From assembly GCF_001194135.2 (NCBI RefSeq), contig NC_068988.1, forward strand, positions 79,741,423 to 79,792,528: a stretch of DNA of 51,106 nucleotides. The letters are read 5' to 3'. Under the pieces are notes generated by a model. It was given only the letters and a program-made list of their open reading frames with translations, was not told the origin of the DNA and did not search any database. Numbering within the stretch: position 1 is the stretch's first letter; each line of letters begins with the position of its first letter. Shown here in pieces: positions 46,813-51,106 of this stretch. The position numbers were made by a program, and so were the translations under genes. This DNA is from Octopus bimaculoides. Taxonomy: Eukaryota.

Positions 46813-47220
46813 ACTCTTTTACTCTTTTACATGTTTCAGTCATTTGACTGCGGCCATGCTGGAGCACCGCCTTTAGTCGAGAAAATCGACCCTAGGACTT
46901 ATTCTTTGGGTGCCTAGTACTTATTCTATCGGTCTCTTTTGCCGATCCGCTAAGTTACAGGGACCTAAACACACCACCATCGGTTGTCAAGTGAAGTTGG
47001 GGGGGACAAACACAGACACACAAACATATACACACATATACATACATATATATACATATATATGACAGGCTTCTTTCAGTTTCCGTCTACCAAATCCACT
47101 CACAAGGCTTTGGTCGGCCCGAGGCTATAGTAGAAGACACTTATCCAAGGTGCCACGCAGTGGGACTGAACCCGGAACCATGTGGTTGGTAAGCAAGCTA
47201 CTTACCACACAGCCACTCCT
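46813..47220 (-). mobile_element. Full-length tRNA-derived SINE
   Basis: Head aggagtggctgtgtggtaag...ggttcagtccc, core ccttggataagtgtcttctactatagcc, internal TA/CA tract, (AGTAAAAG)n tail. Confidence 0.92.
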
Positions 47221-47802
47221 ACTAATATTAAAAATAATAATATAATTAGAATATTGCTAAACAGATTTATCAATGAGAAAATAAAATTATTAGAGTTTGA
47301 CGAGAGTTACGGCAGTCCATTTCATCAGCAAGCTACTTAATTAAAACAAAATTTACAGTGAAGAAGGAAATATTTCAGCCAAAATTTTTGCCAGTTAACG
47401 ATAAACATTTTCCCACATAAATTATTAATGATGCCATCATTGATAAAGTTTTCAAAATGACAATTATCGAACAATAGTCTACTCAAGATAATTCTGTGAT
47501 TAAACCAGACTCCACGATTTACTGGCCAGTGTTTCAGATGAGTTTTGCAGAGCTATGCGGGAACCAAACACAGCACTGCTAGAAATAAGGCCTCTTTTTA
47601 TTATACAATGTTTTTGTTTCTAACTGTTAAAATTATATCTAATCAAACCTATTTTATATCTAAATGGATAAGTTTCAGACACACCCCTTTGTCGGTTACT
47701 AGAATTAACATTAAATTAGTTTATACGCGTTTATTCAAAATTAATAGAATATTAACCTACAATATTACATACCTTTGTGTCTAAGTGTGTGTGTGTGCGT
47801 GT

Positions 47803-47838
<36 letters not shown>

Positions 47839-48269
47839 GTGCATGCATGTATGTGCGTGTGTATCACAATGTATCGCCCTACAAATATCACTGTTATCCG
47901 TCTACACATCCCGTTGTGTGTCAGCCACAAACATCACTCTTATCGACTTACAAGACCGCCGCCACATCTAGCTAAAACAGACTTCAATAAAACTACTTGT
48001 ATATGTCGTTGCCAATGCCAGCGCTTTTTATTCCAGCCAATAACTAGAAGCAGTATTACCGTTATGTCTTCATTACAGTTATCGATTGTCAGAATACAAC
48101 TACTACTATTACTACCACCACTACTGCAACACTACAACTAACGACCTTAGCAGTCGCCACTAGTGCACTAAAGCTGTTCATGGTATGAGAGCAAAACCAG
48201 CACGTCGCCGGCATACTACAATAATTGCCTTTAATAATAGAAAACTAGTTAGTTCCGCCATTTCTACAT

Positions 48270-48720
48270 TTCATCATTATCATCATCAACTTGACGGTTG
48301 TCGTTTGTCGTCGTCGTCGTCGTCATCATTACAATCATCATAATCATCATCTGCACCAAACTCGTCGCCGACATCATTGTTGATGCTGTTGTTGTTGTCA
48401 TTTCCACTATCATAGTCATCGCCAAGTGACTACCGTTACAGTTATAAAAGGTCTTTTAATACATTCACTCATCCTCTCTCATCAGCTCTTCAATAATAAA
48501 ATAATTATTATTCTTCCTTTTCTCTATACCAAAACTATATTTAGACCAATTTACCAATTCCTAATGTTAATGGTACTGCTATTATATTACATTACATCGG
48601 TACACTTACCACCACCACCACCACCACCACCCAACAACCATCGTAACCACTACCCCCCACGCCACCACCATCATCATCAACAGCAACAATAATGACAACA
48701 ATTACAATGCCTAACAATGC
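48270..48720. repeat. CAT/CGT/CAC/CAA low-complexity tract
   Basis: Direct reading. Confidence 0.75.
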
Positions 48721-48769
48721 TATTGATCATATCTTTGTATGTCTATACGTTTAGTGAACAAAAGGCCCT

Positions 48770-48965
48770 TTGGAAACGCAGCTGCCAGAATCGTTGGAGC
48801 GGCGAGAAAATGCTTTGCAGCGCTTCGTCTGGGTCTTTACCTTATTGGTTCAAATCTTGCTGAACCAAGTTTGCCTTTAACTTTTTCGGGGTCGATAAGA
48901 TAAATTAGTCAAGAACTAGTGTCAATGTAATCGATAACCCCTTCCCCTCAAAATTATTAGAAATC
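48770..48965 (+). mobile_element. Diverged SINE (32137 family)
   Basis: ggttcaaatcttgctga..tttgcctttaac..cggggtcgataa..taatcgataaccccttcccctcaaaatt. Confidence 0.7.
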
Positions 48966-49299
48966 CGTATCTGTTAGCGCTTATAGTTGTAAATAGTCTC
49001 TGCTACTAGTAGTGTGAATCAGATGAATTACTACAAGTTGGTGCTTCAGAGACGACTACTTCCGCGCGGTTATGTATCTTTGGGAATTTAGTATAGGCTG
49101 CGTTATAAATGTTTTAACTGTGTATTCATAACTAGTAGAAAAGTAACGCATGCTGACCATATTCTAGTAATTGTTAAAGGAATGTTAGTTTTTAATAGCT
49201 TCTTTGGAGAATATATTCTAGATCTAGATTTATTATTACAGGAGTTTAGGACATTCAAGCAGATGATCTCTAGGTTGAATTTGGATGAAAGATGTTTAC

Positions 49300-49640
49300 G
49301 TAGTTAGTGCAAACATACTAAATGAACGCAAGAGCCTCATTATGAGCCCTAAATTACTTCAGAGTTAACAGAGTGGATTTAAGCAAGTCTGACAAGAATC
49401 TTTTGATCCTTGAGATTAGAGACGAGTGGAGTGCATAAGTGGGCAGCTTCTCTGACCAAATGAATGAATTGCCAAGATCGAATAACTTTGATTTCCCTAA
49501 AGTTCCAAGAGCAAAATGCTATTAATCAGTGCTGTTGATACATGGCCTGTAAGGGCCGTAACTCTACACAATCCATACTGATGGACATTGAGTAGGGAAA
49601 CAGACTGGAAAAGATATATTAGGTAGGGATAAGCTGTAGT
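49300..49640 (-). mobile_element. Decayed L2/CR1-like ORF2 3' fragment
   Basis: Degenerate NSFIW..LP...IKRFLSDLLKS end motif on the minus strand. Confidence 0.4.
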
Positions 49641-50210
49641 TTGTAGGTTTGCCCTTTATCTAGATTCCGTTCCCATAACTTCTTCAATAAATAAGAAAAT
49701 GTTGATGAATTTCCTAATAGTGATTAGACAAAGGCAGTGAAATTTTTAAAAAATTGCAATTAGACGAATCCAAGAAAGGACACGAAAAAATTAACAGAAC
49801 AATATACAATGAGGAAAAACAGAAGAAAATTAAATTTAGATAATGGCATTAAATTTGTGAATGAAGTAAAGTGCAAGAAAAATTGATGGGAATTAATGAA
49901 TTAGCCATACCATTAATAACTTAAATAGGACTATTATAATCTGGACGATGGACGAATTAATGATTAGAGAGAATTAATGATTGAGACAATTTGGAAGACA
50001 CAATTGCTCAATCCAGCTACGCTAACTGTCCATGTTTTCTACAGTAACAACTCCAACACTTAGAAATATATGTGTATATATATGTGGTTGCACGCATGCG
50101 CGCACGTGTATATACATAGACGCATACACACACACGCATACGCACGCACACGCACGCACACACATACACACGCGCGCGCAAGCACACACACGCACTCACA
50201 AACACACACT

Positions 50211-50270
<60 letters not shown>

Positions 50271-50296
50271 NNNNNNNNNNNNNNNNNNNNNNNNNN

Positions 50297-50344
<48 letters not shown>

Positions 50345-51066
50345 ATATATATCATAGAATTTCCTGAAAAAAAATAGTAATTAGTTGAAGGTTAATACAT
50401 GATAGATATTTCAGAGAAATATTAAGCGTTAACTGAATATTACATTATAAAACGATTTTTACATGTTGGAATTAATAACCTCTGGTATTCATATTGAATT
50501 AATTTTACTAATATAACCGGTGTATCAATATATAGCGCAGATATCTATTTCGAAATAAATTGAAATGAGACCCAGTCAACGTTAGCATAACTTCTTCTCC
50601 GAAATCAGATATTGCCCTAGCACGGTTACAACCCAATGGCTGAAAGCAGAAAAAGAAACACTAAACTAGATATGCTAAGATACAGTTCCTGTCACAAACA
50701 ACTGGGATAATTTCGTTCTAGCGGTGATAAGCTTTGTTCAGCATTAAAAATAGGTTACATACGTTTGTGGGAGGGTGTTGGTTAATAACTGATAGTTGTC
50801 TCATTGACCGCTAGAAAACAAAAATTACAAATTCAATCCTGCCGAAAACATAACTTTAGTTACGTCTCGTAGTCATGTGATATATGCAACATTCTTCTAT
50901 TTGCATCATCTTCATAATTCTGGTTATTTTAGCTAATCACCACCCTACCCAACCCGATTAACGAAATTAACGGGCATTGTGAAAGAAAATTATTGGAAAG
51001 ATCACTTGCTTAGTCAGTCAGTTGCTCATTCAAATACTTTCTCAACCGGCCTTTCTATTTGTCAAC

Positions 51067-51106
<40 letters not shown>

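Overview
AT-rich, microsatellite-dense, gapped eukaryotic DNA with 14 N-gaps (about 5.5 kb). The SINE/LINE types suggest a coleoid cephalopod (Octopus-like); this is inferred, not database-checked. Almost all ORFs in the track are (CA)n/(TA)n/(TACA)n or N-gap artefacts. The window is mostly decayed mobile elements: four or five R4/Dong-like LINE pieces; Tx1-like, CR1/L2-like and RTE-like LINE ends; two Penelope-like (PLE) pieces, one with a minimal hammerhead ribozyme motif; an internally deleted Helitron; three Tc1/mariner derivatives (one DD37D maT); and many SINE copies. One host coding exon is missing from the ORF track: a 99-nt phase 0/0 exon at 36255-36353 (+) encoding the RAWUL segment of a BMI1/Psc-type Polycomb RING finger protein, so much of the window is probably intronic. 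Main leads: an R4/Dong-like LINE apparently associated with (TACA)n microsatellites; a PLE RT fragment replacing a similar-length part of that LINE; hammerhead-like motifs; and several long inverted repeats. No intact autonomous element, CRISPR array, rRNA or true tRNA gene is supported.
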